From a bacterium (GTDB lineage: Bacteria > UBP14 > UBA6098): DNA of 64,000 bases. The notes under the pieces are model-generated. The model was given only the letters and a program-made list of their open reading frames with translations, searched no databases and was not told the DNA's origin. The translations under genes and the position numbers were made by a program. This document shows, piece by piece, positions 56,495 to 64,000 of the stretch. The first letter of the stretch is position 1. The number at the start of each line of letters is the position of its first letter. The DNA lies in assembly GCA_023145965.1 (NCBI GenBank), contig JAGLDC010000035.1:14462-78461 (forward strand), written 5' to 3'.

Positions 56495-58462
56495 ATGTTT
56501 ATCATTGTGGTGGTTTTGAGTTTATCTCTTTCTACTTTTGCTCTCGATACGCTATGGACTCCTATCGATATTCCAACACGAACCGGCGATTCACTTGCCG
56601 CAGATATCTACACCCTAGACTCGACCGCCGCAAAGCCGGTTATCCTAATTCAAACGCCATATAATAAGGCCGATTATAGATTCGCTTCATTTATGCTCGA
56701 CACCTCGGACACCAGCGGATTCTGGGATATTCAGCACTACAATTTTGTAATCCTGGATTGGCGAGGTTTTTACGCCTCGACTTCTGCGGGAAGCACCGGC
56801 TATGATCGCGGCCTCGACGGCTACGATGCGGTCGAGTGGATAGCCTCGCAAAGCTGGTGCAACGGCAAAATCGGCACCTACGGCGGTTCGGCACTCGGCG
56901 ATATTCAGTTCAAAACCGCGCACCACCAACCTTCGAATCTCCTTTGCGCCGCCCCATGGATAAAGACCTATAAAACCCGCTATACGAATTACTATTATGG
57001 CGGTGTTTACAAGAAAGAATATGTGGAAGCGCTTGATTTTCTGGGCTTTATAGCGACCAGTGTTATTCTTTCGCGACCCTTATATTCTTTTGTCTGGCAG
57101 TATATCGAAAATAATTCCGACTATCCCGAGGATTTCAAAGTGCCGATGCTCATGCTTAGCGGATGGTTCGATCATTATCCCGCAGATATTATCGAGGATT
57201 TTCACGAAATACGTTCGCGAAGCGATATTTCTGTGAGGGATAAACACAAGCTAATCATGGGGCCATGGACGCACAGCGGAGTCGGGCAGTCGATGCAGGG
57301 AGAACTTGAATATCCCGCAGCGGCTGATTTCGAGAAACCAATAACAAAAAAATTCTTCGATCACTACCTTCGCGGCGCGGATAATGATTATGAATCCGAA
57401 CCGGTAGGGCAATATTTTTTGATGGGCAGCAACATATGGATAGAAACGGATAATTGGTATTCGCTTATCGACGATACCGATACGCTTTACATTCATCAAG
57501 ACGGCCATCTATTTCCATTGGTTGCACCGATATGGGGCACACCTCCGGATTCGTTCGTTTACGATCCGCGTGATCCCTCACCAGCTTATGGGTTCAACAG
57601 ATTCAATCCAGCGGAACCGGGGCTTATATCCGGTCCGCGCGATATGCGCGATTCTGTGGAAAACCGGGATGACAATCTAATCTACTCGACCGATATACTA
57701 ACCGAACCTTTGACTATTATCGGAAGGATCAAAGCGAAATTATTCGTCGAGTCGAATTGCCTCGATACGGATTTCGCGATCCGCATCTCAGATGTCTATC
57801 CAGACGGACGCTCGATGATTTTAACTCAAGGCATTCTTAGAGGCCGTCTTCGCGATACGCTTGGAGTCGAACACCTTATGGTTCTCGATAGCATTTATGA
57901 AATCGATATTGAAACCGAGGTTATTGCGCAGACTTTTCTTCCGGGACACAAGCTTCGTTTAGTAATTACATCGTCAATATATCCTCATTTTCATGCGAAT
58001 ATCAACGATGGCGGTTCTATGTATGATGAAGGCGACACAACTGTTGCAACGAATTTCATTCATCATAACGAGGCACTGCCCTCCGCGCTGATCTTGCCAT
58101 TGAGTAGCGAGCTTCGCATTTCAGAGCGTTCAATAGCAACTAAACCGAACGATTTCTCCCTCCGTGCCTACCCGAATCCGTTCAATTCGGCGGTGCGGAT
58201 AAGCCTCGACTTCGGAAGCAAATCGGCGAAGGCGTTGAGCACGTCGCCCCCCAGCGCGTGCCGGGTCGAGATTTACGATATAAACGGACGGCGCGTCGCG
58301 GAAATTTCTGTTAACGGGAGCGAATCGGCGAAGGCGTTGAGCACGAACGCCTCCGGCGCGTGCCGGTGGCAACCCGACGCCGCAATCGGCTCTGGGGTCT
58401 ATTTCGTGAGAGCGCATTTTAATGATGCGACTGCATCACGCAGAATCTTGTATATAAGATAA
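56495..58462 (+). CDS. Secreted CocE/NonD (S15 X-Pro dipeptidyl-peptidase) family hydrolase with a type-A T9SS sorting domain carrying two in-frame GC-rich insertions
   Basis: Signal peptide. NFVILDWRGFYAS...GKIGTYGGSALG nucleophile elbow. The sorting domain YPNPFNSAVRISLDFG...VEIYDINGRRVAEISVNG...WQPDAAIGSGVYFVRAHF is interrupted twice by S(K/E)SAKALST....ACR. Confidence 0.65.
   Translation: MFIIVVVLSLSLSTFALDTLWTPIDIPTRTGDSLAADIYTLDSTAAKPVILIQTPYNKADYRFASFMLDTSDTSGFWDIQHYNFVILDWRGFYASTSAGSTGYDRGLDGYDAVEWIASQSWCNGKIGTYGGSALGDIQFKTAHHQPSNLLCAAPWIKTYKTRYTNYYYGGVYKKEYVEALDFLGFIATSVILSRPLYSFVWQYIENNSDYPEDFKVPMLMLSGWFDHYPADIIEDFHEIRSRSDISVRDKHKLIMGPWTHSGVGQSMQGELEYPAAADFEKPITKKFFDHYLRGADNDYESEPVGQYFLMGSNIWIETDNWYSLIDDTDTLYIHQDGHLFPLVAPIWGTPPDSFVYDPRDPSPAYGFNRFNPAEPGLISGPRDMRDSVENRDDNLIYSTDILTEPLTIIGRIKAKLFVESNCLDTDFAIRISDVYPDGRSMILTQGILRGRLRDTLGVEHLMVLDSIYEIDIETEVIAQTFLPGHKLRLVITSSIYPHFHANINDGGSMYDEGDTTVATNFIHHNEALPSALILPLSSELRISERSIATKPNDFSLRAYPNPFNSAVRISLDFGSKSAKALSTSPPSACRVEIYDINGRRVAEISVNGSESAKALSTNASGACRWQPDAAIGSGVYFVRAHFNDATASRRILYIR
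58221..58366 (+). repeat. Two direct copies (58221-58265 and 58323-58366) of a GC-rich hairpin-containing element AATCGGCGAAGGCGTTGAGCACG..GCGCGTGCCGG embedded in-frame in the sorting-domain coding region. A third degenerate copy lies at 60287-60349
   Basis: Direct sequence comparison. Each copy contains a GGCG(G)TT...AACGCC stem. Local GC content is much higher than in the flanking coding sequence. Confidence 0.5.
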
Positions 58463-58622
58463 TATCAGGAGAGTCCGGCAGTGCGTCACCAGTGTAATTA
58501 GAGGATTATTAACAGATAACCACCCTTCTCCTCACTTACAATTAAATTCCGTTGCAATAATTGCCTGAATCCTTTATTGTATAATTAGAGATTAAAATAA
58601 AAAACCTGTTAGGAGAATTCGA

Positions 58623-60275
58623 ATGAGTCGAAAAACATTTATTGCAGCAGTTGTTTGCTGTTGCGCCTTTTCTGTCATTGCGGAAGTTAAACAAATTGGA
58701 TTCATGACACAGGGAATATCGCATTCGACATATGATAATATGACGTCTGTGCTCGAAAGCGCAGATTTTCATTGCGAAATCCACGAGTTTTGGGATTTCA
58801 CTACTGCAACAGCCGATACCTTCGATTCGCTGGATATTTTTATCGTCCCTAATGCTTCGTATCTAACCACTCCGGACGCCATACGCGATCATTTCGGGCC
58901 GATCATACGCCCATGGGTCGAGTCCGGTGGTTTGTTGATTGTTTTTTACAGGGTTGGCATCTGCTTCATCAACGATGTCAGCCTTTCGCGAATCGGCGAC
59001 TATTCCTCCTTCGACAGCACGCTCTATATTGCAGATGCTGGCCATCCGGTTGCCTCCGGGGTTGATCCCTCTTTCCTTGGAACCGGTAATTGTTGCATTA
59101 CAGACGATTGCCCCGATTACACTCCAATTCTAACAAATCATGCCGAAATACGCGTTAACTCGGGATTCGAAGAACTTGTCTCCGGTTGCGTTGTCTTTCT
59201 CGGATGGGATTATACATTCCGTTCGGAAAATCAAGATTCAATTTTCACGAATGCAATTCGCTATTGGTCGATGGTTTCCGAAGGCCCGATTTGCAGGAGT
59301 GTTTTCCCTCACGATGGCTCCTGGGTTTCATCGGACACGGCAATTGTGCTGGATTTCTTCGACTCCGATGGTCTCGACGCCGCGACAGCCTCGGTAATCG
59401 TAAACGGTGTTACCTATAGCGTTCTCGATCCTGAGTTGACCATATCCGGTGATAGCCTTATTTTCGAACCTACAACATCCTGGGTCGATGGCGATACGAT
59501 CACATTCGAACTTGTGGGTATCGAAGACGCACTCGGTCACGAATCCCCAGACAGCGGCCTCAGTGTAACATATTATATCGATAAAGCAACGCCGTTTATT
59601 ACATATCGCGAACCCGACTCTGCAGTCGTTTTCACCGAGACGCCGACCGGCGCACTCATTCGTTTTGCGGATGCTGGTTGCGGTATTGACAGCATTGGCT
59701 GGAGCCTTAATATCGAGGGCGTCGATGTCGATCCTTCCGGTGCTGGGGTCTATCTCGAAGGCGATTCTACGGTGATCTTGGATTTTGCTAGCGCGGGGAT
59801 ATCCATTACTTCGGGCGATACTGCGTTTATTTCGCTTTCATTATGGGATGCACCGGATGTCGGCGCGGCGAATACTGTGGAACTATCCTGGTGGTTCCTC
59901 GTAGCCACCGGTATCGCGGATGTAGCCACGCCGGATAATTTTGCAATCTCGGCGTATCCGAACCCCTTCAATTCGGCGGTTACAATTTCTTTCGACGGCA
60001 TAGGGGCAATTCATGAATTGCCCCTATGCGTGGAAATCTTCGACCTCGCCGGTCGGCGCGTAGCGCGTTTGCCCTCACCCTCGGTCCCTCTCCCAGGGGG
60101 AGAGGGAGGGAATTCCTTCTCCCTTTGGGAGAAGGTGGCCGAAGGCCGGATGAGGGCCGAATATATCTGGCAACCCGACGCCGCAATCGGTTCCGGCGTC
60201 TATCTCGTCCGCGCAACATTTCCGCAACAGACGACTTCAGCCGCCTGCACGAAGCGGGTGGTGTATTTGAAATGA
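58623..60275 (+). CDS. Secreted hypothetical protein with a type-A T9SS sorting domain that carries a palindromic GC-rich insertion
   Basis: Signal peptide. No recognisable catalytic domain. The sorting domain YPNPFNSAVTISFDG...VEIFDLAGRRVA[RLPSPSVPLPGGEGGNSFSLWEKVAEGRMRAEY]IWQPDAAIGSGVYLVRATF. The 3' end is about 80% identical at the DNA level to the 3' end of the preceding gene. Confidence 0.55.
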   Translation: MSRKTFIAAVVCCCAFSVIAEVKQIGFMTQGISHSTYDNMTSVLESADFHCEIHEFWDFTTATADTFDSLDIFIVPNASYLTTPDAIRDHFGPIIRPWVESGGLLIVFYRVGICFINDVSLSRIGDYSSFDSTLYIADAGHPVASGVDPSFLGTGNCCITDDCPDYTPILTNHAEIRVNSGFEELVSGCVVFLGWDYTFRSENQDSIFTNAIRYWSMVSEGPICRSVFPHDGSWVSSDTAIVLDFFDSDGLDAATASVIVNGVTYSVLDPELTISGDSLIFEPTTSWVDGDTITFELVGIEDALGHESPDSGLSVTYYIDKATPFITYREPDSAVVFTETPTGALIRFADAGCGIDSIGWSLNIEGVDVDPSGAGVYLEGDSTVILDFASAGISITSGDTAFISLSLWDAPDVGAANTVELSWWFLVATGIADVATPDNFAISAYPNPFNSAVTISFDGIGAIHELPLCVEIFDLAGRRVARLPSPSVPLPGGEGGNSFSLWEKVAEGRMRAEYIWQPDAAIGSGVYLVRATFPQQTTSAACTKRVVYLK

Positions 60276-60497
60276 CGCCGACTCCGCCAAAGGCGGTTGA
60301 GGCCAAACGCCCGTCGGCGCGTGCCGACCGAAACGGGTGGTGTATCTAAAGTAGTATTATGTCATTAGATTACAGATTTAGTTGAGACCTTAGGTTAAGG
60401 CCGCAGTTGTGGTAATCAGGTATCAAAATTGCTTCCTCATTGGAAGGACATCGATTATTTCTAATACCCACTACCTTTTAACTTTTTAAATTATAAC

Positions 60498-60524
60498 TTG
60501 ACAATTCAAAAACCTGTGTATAGT
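60498..60524 (+). promoter_or_regulatory. Candidate sigma70-type promoter TTGACA-15-TATAGT upstream of rpmE
   Basis: TTGACA at 60498-60503, TG-extended TATAGT at 60519-60524, about 40 nt before the rpmE start. Confidence 0.35.
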
Positions 60525-60562
60525 ATTTCGTTTCTAGAATCAACCGATATGGAGGTAACGAT

Positions 60563-60796
60563 ATGAGAAAAAAAATACATCCTAAATACTACCAGGCGAA
60601 GGTCACCTGCGCTTGTGGAAGTAGTTGGACTGTTGGAAGCACCAAAAAAGAGATACAGCTTGATCTATGTTCCGCATGCCATCCTTTCTTCACAGGAAAA
60701 CAGAAAATGGTTGACACCGCCGGTCGTGTGGAAAAATTCCGCAGAAAGTATGGCATCGTCGATAAAACGGCTGAAGCCATACAGAAAAAGAAATAA
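60563..60796 (+). CDS. rpmE: 50S ribosomal protein L31
   Basis: MRKKIHPKYYQAKVTCACGSSW...CSACHPFFTGKQK, full L31 zinc-ribbon signature. Confidence 0.9.
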   Translation: MRKKIHPKYYQAKVTCACGSSWTVGSTKKEIQLDLCSACHPFFTGKQKMVDTAGRVEKFRRKYGIVDKTAEAIQKKK

Positions 60797-60819
60797 CTCG
60801 ATTTCGAGCTTGGTTTCAA

Positions 60820-60848
60820 AAAAACCGCCATCATTGGCGGTTTTTTGT
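60820..60848 (+). terminator. Rho-independent terminator (AAAAACCGCCA-TCAT-TGGCGGTTTTTTG)
   Basis: A 7-bp GC-rich stem at 60824-60830 / 60834-60840 followed by a T6 run, just after the rpmE stop. Confidence 0.75.
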
Positions 60849-60905
60849 TGTTTTATATTTCTAAAGCTATATTTTAAAAAGTTAATTCTTTGCAAGGAGA
60901 AAAAT

Positions 60906-61724
60906 ATGAATGATTTCTTTAGAAAAATTGAAACCAATTTCAAAAGCAGGGGAACATGCCTTTGTGTCGGACTCGACCCTGATCCTCTTAGAATCCCCGA
61001 GCGATATAAATCAAGCACAACCCCGATTTACGATTTTCTCGCGGACATTGTAAATGCAACCTCCGACTTGGTTTGTTCATATAAACCTAACATGGCCTTT
61101 TTCGAGTCTGCCGGCCCCGAAGGCCTTATTCAGCTTGCTAAGCTAATCGAACACATTCGCAATGTCGATCCGGAGATACCGATTATACTCGATGCCAAAC
61201 GCGGCGACATCGGTAACACAGCAAAACATTATGCCACGACTATTTTCGATACCTATTCCGCCGATGGCACCACAGTCAATCCATACATGGGTGCAGATAC
61301 ACTAGAATCCTTTACTGATCGGCAAGAAAAAGGTGTCTTCGTCCTTTGCCTCACTAGCAATCCCGGCTACATCGATTTCGAAAACCTATCCGTTAAGGGC
61401 GATCCATTGTTCATCCATGTTGCGCGGAAGATGGCCGAGATAAACAGGAATGAGAATATCGCGCTGGTTGTAGGTGCAACACATCCGGCTGAGGCCGAAA
61501 AAATCCGCAATATCGCACCCGATCTACCTTTCTTGATGCCCGGCATAGGAGCTCAAGGCGGCGATCCCGCAATGATTATGAAGATTGGTAAAACCGCGAG
61601 CGGGCTTCCACCGATAGTTAACAGCTCCCGGAGCATCCTTTATCCAAAGGATGCTACTACTGCCTCCACGCGTGAAGCTGCACTCAAAACAAGAGACTTA
61701 TTAAACAAATATATTAATTCCTAA
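60906..61724 (+). CDS. pyrF: Orotidine 5'-phosphate decarboxylase
   Basis: Start at ATG 60906 with AAGGAGA RBS. The upstream part of the 60615 ORF overlaps rpmE and its terminator and is rejected. Motifs CVGLDPD and LDAKRGDIGNT. Confidence 0.85.
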   Translation: MNDFFRKIETNFKSRGTCLCVGLDPDPLRIPERYKSSTTPIYDFLADIVNATSDLVCSYKPNMAFFESAGPEGLIQLAKLIEHIRNVDPEIPIILDAKRGDIGNTAKHYATTIFDTYSADGTTVNPYMGADTLESFTDRQEKGVFVLCLTSNPGYIDFENLSVKGDPLFIHVARKMAEINRNENIALVVGATHPAEAEKIRNIAPDLPFLMPGIGAQGGDPAMIMKIGKTASGLPPIVNSSRSILYPKDATTASTREAALKTRDLLNKYINS

Positions 61725-61733
61725 GGAGATAAA

Positions 61734-62309
61734 ATGCCGGAAAAAGATATTCTACAACGCCTTACAGAAACCGAAGCCATGCTCGAAGGGCACTTCCTTC
61801 TCAGCTCGGGTTTGCACTCGAATAAGTATATCCAATGTGCCAAGCTCCTTCAATATCCCGATAATGCCACCTGGGTTGGCGAAAAACTCGCTGAAAAGGT
61901 TTCAGTCGATGGTATAGAATTGGTCGTCAGCCCTGCAATTGGGGGGATAGTTATTGGCCAGGAGGTTGCCAAGGCGCTAGGAGTGCCTCATATATTCGTT
62001 GAAAAGGTTAACGGCACACCAACGCTTAGACGCGGTTTTTCAGTCAAGCCGGGGGCTAAGATTCTTGTTGTGGAGGATGTTATCACCACTGGTAAATCGA
62101 CTAAAGAGGTTATCGATGTCATCGATGGCACAGGTGGCAAAGTCGTTGCTTTTAGCGCCATGGTTGACCGTGGTGGTTCAGCAAATATAAAGCTTCCTTT
62201 TGCGGCGCTATTGAAACTCGATATCGAGGTTTTTCAGCCTAACGACTGCCCTCTATGTAAATCCGGTATCCCGGTGGTTAAACCCGGCAGCAGAATACAA
62301 AAGAAATAG
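61734..62309 (+). CDS. pyrE: Orotate phosphoribosyltransferase
   Basis: PRPP-binding motif ILVVEDVITTGKST. Full-length OPRTase architecture. Adjacent to pyrF. Confidence 0.85.
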   Translation: MPEKDILQRLTETEAMLEGHFLLSSGLHSNKYIQCAKLLQYPDNATWVGEKLAEKVSVDGIELVVSPAIGGIVIGQEVAKALGVPHIFVEKVNGTPTLRRGFSVKPGAKILVVEDVITTGKSTKEVIDVIDGTGGKVVAFSAMVDRGGSANIKLPFAALLKLDIEVFQPNDCPLCKSGIPVVKPGSRIQKK

Positions 62310-62369
62310 GCCAATTTTTTCACTTCTTACAACTATTTGATTGCTTAAAGAAGGCGCTTTTCTCAGCTA

Positions 62370-62530
62370 CATCTCGCTGTCACGATTTTTGCTATTTTTA
62401 AGTTTTTGGTAGTAATATACATTTTCCCGCGCAAAAATCCCCATCGACCACCCCTCTGTCACGAAATTTGCATAGCGGGCAAATTTCGTGACATCGTCCT
62501 TCCCCGCGCCAGCGAGGGTTTTTTCTGGCG
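62370..62530 (+). promoter_or_regulatory. Intergenic element copy 2: same TGTCACG-ATTT-TTGC core as copy 1 plus a 37-bp perfect palindrome TGTCACGAAATTTGC-ATAGCGG-GCAAATTTCGTGACA, C-rich tract and T-run
   Basis: Shared blocks with 52276-52392. The palindrome repeats the same half-site in inverted orientation. It sits between pyrE and moxR. Confidence 0.4.
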
Positions 62531-62732
62531 AAATAACAGCTTTTTTTATATTTGGGATTGCCTCTTATATATATTCTTTTACATATTGCTGAAATAATAA
62601 ACTGCAATTAAATATACTGTTTTGGTTAGGGCTGGCATTTGAATCGCTTGTGTAAAAGATGTTTAGCGATTGACACACGATGTCGATAATCATATAATTT
62701 ATCGAATTTTAAATCGATATGTGGAGGCAAAT

Positions 62733-63734
62733 ATGACTGAAATGAAAACTGATGTTCTTGCGATAAAAGAACTTGCAAACTCTGCTGATAAAATAAAAAA
62801 AGAAATTGCAAAAGTCATTGTCGGGCAAGAGAAGGTTATCGATGAGATGATGGTTGCACTTCTCTCGGGTGGCCATGTTCTTTTAATCGGTGTGCCTGGG
62901 CTTGCTAAAACACTCATGATCTCGACTTTGGCGCAGGCTTTAGATCTCAAGTTTAACCGTATTCAGTTCACGCCAGATTTAATGCCATCGGATATTACTG
63001 GCACAGAGATTCTCGAAGAGGATAGAACTAGCGGGACCCGGGTTTTCCGTTTCTTGAGCGGTCCAGTTTTCTGTAATATTCTTTTAACTGATGAAATAAA
63101 CCGCACACCTCCAAAAACGCAAGCTGCGCTTCTTCAAGCGATGCAAGAACATGAGGTTTCTGCCGGGGATAAGACATTCAAGCTTGATATGCCGTTTTTT
63201 GTTCTTTCGACACAGAATCCCATTGAACAAGAAGGCACATACCCTCTCCCCGAGGCTCAACTCGACCGTTTCATGTTGAATATTTACATAGATTATCCCA
63301 CAGAGAAAGAGGAGATGGAGATAGTCCGCTATACAACCGGTGCACGAATTCCTGTTGTTGAGAGTGTTTTAGATGCTACAAAGATAATCGAACTTCAGAA
63401 CCTTGTTCGGCGTATCCCTGCAGCAGATTACGTAATTCAGTATGCAATCGATCTTGTGCGCAATAGCAGACCGGAGACAACGACACTCGACTATATCAAG
63501 AAGTGGGTTCGCTGGGGTGCTGGCCCTCGTGCAGGACAATTCTTAACACTTGGAGCAAAAACCGTTGCGGCTCTCGATGGTAGGGTTACACCGGGGATCG
63601 AAGATATTCAACAAATAATACTTCCGGTTTTAAGACACAGGATTATAACTAGCTTCACAGCCGATGCCGAGGGCATAACAACCGACGATATCATCAAAAA
63701 ACTGGTGAAGGATATAGTTCCTCCAAAAAAATAA
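62733..63734 (+). CDS. MoxR-family AAA+ ATPase
   Basis: Start at ATG 62733 with GGAGG 8 nt upstream. Walker A GVPGLAKT, Walker B LLTDEINR, and the MoxR-typical length and motifs. Confidence 0.85.
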   Translation: MTEMKTDVLAIKELANSADKIKKEIAKVIVGQEKVIDEMMVALLSGGHVLLIGVPGLAKTLMISTLAQALDLKFNRIQFTPDLMPSDITGTEILEEDRTSGTRVFRFLSGPVFCNILLTDEINRTPPKTQAALLQAMQEHEVSAGDKTFKLDMPFFVLSTQNPIEQEGTYPLPEAQLDRFMLNIYIDYPTEKEEMEIVRYTTGARIPVVESVLDATKIIELQNLVRRIPAADYVIQYAIDLVRNSRPETTTLDYIKKWVRWGAGPRAGQFLTLGAKTVAALDGRVTPGIEDIQQIILPVLRHRIITSFTADAEGITTDDIIKKLVKDIVPPKK

Positions 63735-63868
63735 ATAATCGAAATCGGTTAATAAAAATATTTCAAATTATTTGTTTTCTCGTAGAAGCACGAATTCGAG
63801 GTATGTGTTTAGTTCCCTAAATATAATGCGTTAATAAAAAAAGTGAATTTTCAGGGCCAATTCTTTAA

Positions 63869-64000
63869 ATGCGCGAGATCGAAAACAACATAAAACAGTT
63901 TATCGATGAAAGCCAGTTCTTCGAGCTTAAATCGATACTCAACGAACTCGAGCCGATAGAGGTCGAGGAGCTTCTCAACGATCTGCCTCAAACGGATTGG
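63869..64000 (+). CDS. Partial ORF (3' end outside window), possibly an MgtE-type magnesium transporter N-terminal domain
   Basis: MREIENNIKQFIDESQFFELKSILNELEPIEVEELLNDLP resembles the MgtE_N helix bundle. Only 44 codons are visible. Confidence 0.3.
   Translation, partial: MREIENNIKQFIDESQFFELKSILNELEPIEVEELLNDLPQTDW

Noticed and set aside
58130-58417. 95-aa minus-strand ORF with ARAGG..RAQRLRRFA tandem repeat
   Set aside because: Antisense reading of the two GC-rich element copies inside the hydrolase gene's sorting domain. An artefact of the repeat.
58221-60349. CRISPR array (direct repeats of about 45 bp)
   Set aside because: Only two tandem copies plus one distant degenerate copy. The spacers would be coding sequence of a conserved sorting domain. 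No cas genes. Interpreted as REP/MITE-like insertions.
60615-60905. Long N-terminal extension of pyrF given by the ORF track (369 aa)
   Set aside because: The extension overlaps rpmE and its terminator in another frame and has no homology. ATG 60906 has a proper RBS and begins the conserved OMP-decarboxylase sequence.
1-64000. Prophage, integrative element or IS
   Set aside because: No integrase, transposase, terminase, portal or tRNA attachment site recognised. GC-rich anomalies are confined to sub-200-bp elements.

Overview
This is a low-GC (about 45%) chromosomal segment. It looks like a Gram-negative bacterium of the Bacteroidota/FCB-superphylum type. At least eight proteins end in type-A T9SS C-terminal sorting domains and one giant protein ends in a type-B domain. 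The primary sigma factor is short (285 aa) and several lipoproteins are present. Housekeeping genes: dnaE 3' end, an Slt-type lytic transglycosylase, rlmD-like, rsmE, a fused tatD-rsmA(ksgA), rarA, a MATE pump, ROK glucokinase, a CN-hydrolase, rpoD-like, lysS, lolC/E, rpmE, pyrF, pyrE and moxR. These are interleaved with a large secretome: M1, S8 (x2) and S15-like peptidases, an NHL-repeat protein, a vWA protein, FN3/TPR lipoproteins and a 1957-aa repeat adhesin. The most coherent accessory module is a poly-gamma-glutamate (PGA) synthesis operon, pgsB-pgsC-pgsAA-like, translationally coupled to an MscS-like membrane protein, a subtilase and a DUF1573/thioredoxin-like lipoprotein (24.2-31.4 kb). 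Non-genic structures worth attention: a 159-bp nested-palindrome GC-rich element between convergent genes (41.5 kb); a duplicated intergenic element carrying a sigma54-like TGTCACG-N4-TTGC motif plus a C-rich tract and T-run at 52.3 kb and 62.4 kb (candidate sRNA family or regulatory cassette); and GC-rich REP-like hairpin elements inserted in-frame into the 3' sorting-domain coding ends of two adjacent T9SS cargo genes (58.2-60.35 kb). No rRNA, tRNA, CRISPR array, transposase or integrase was recognised.
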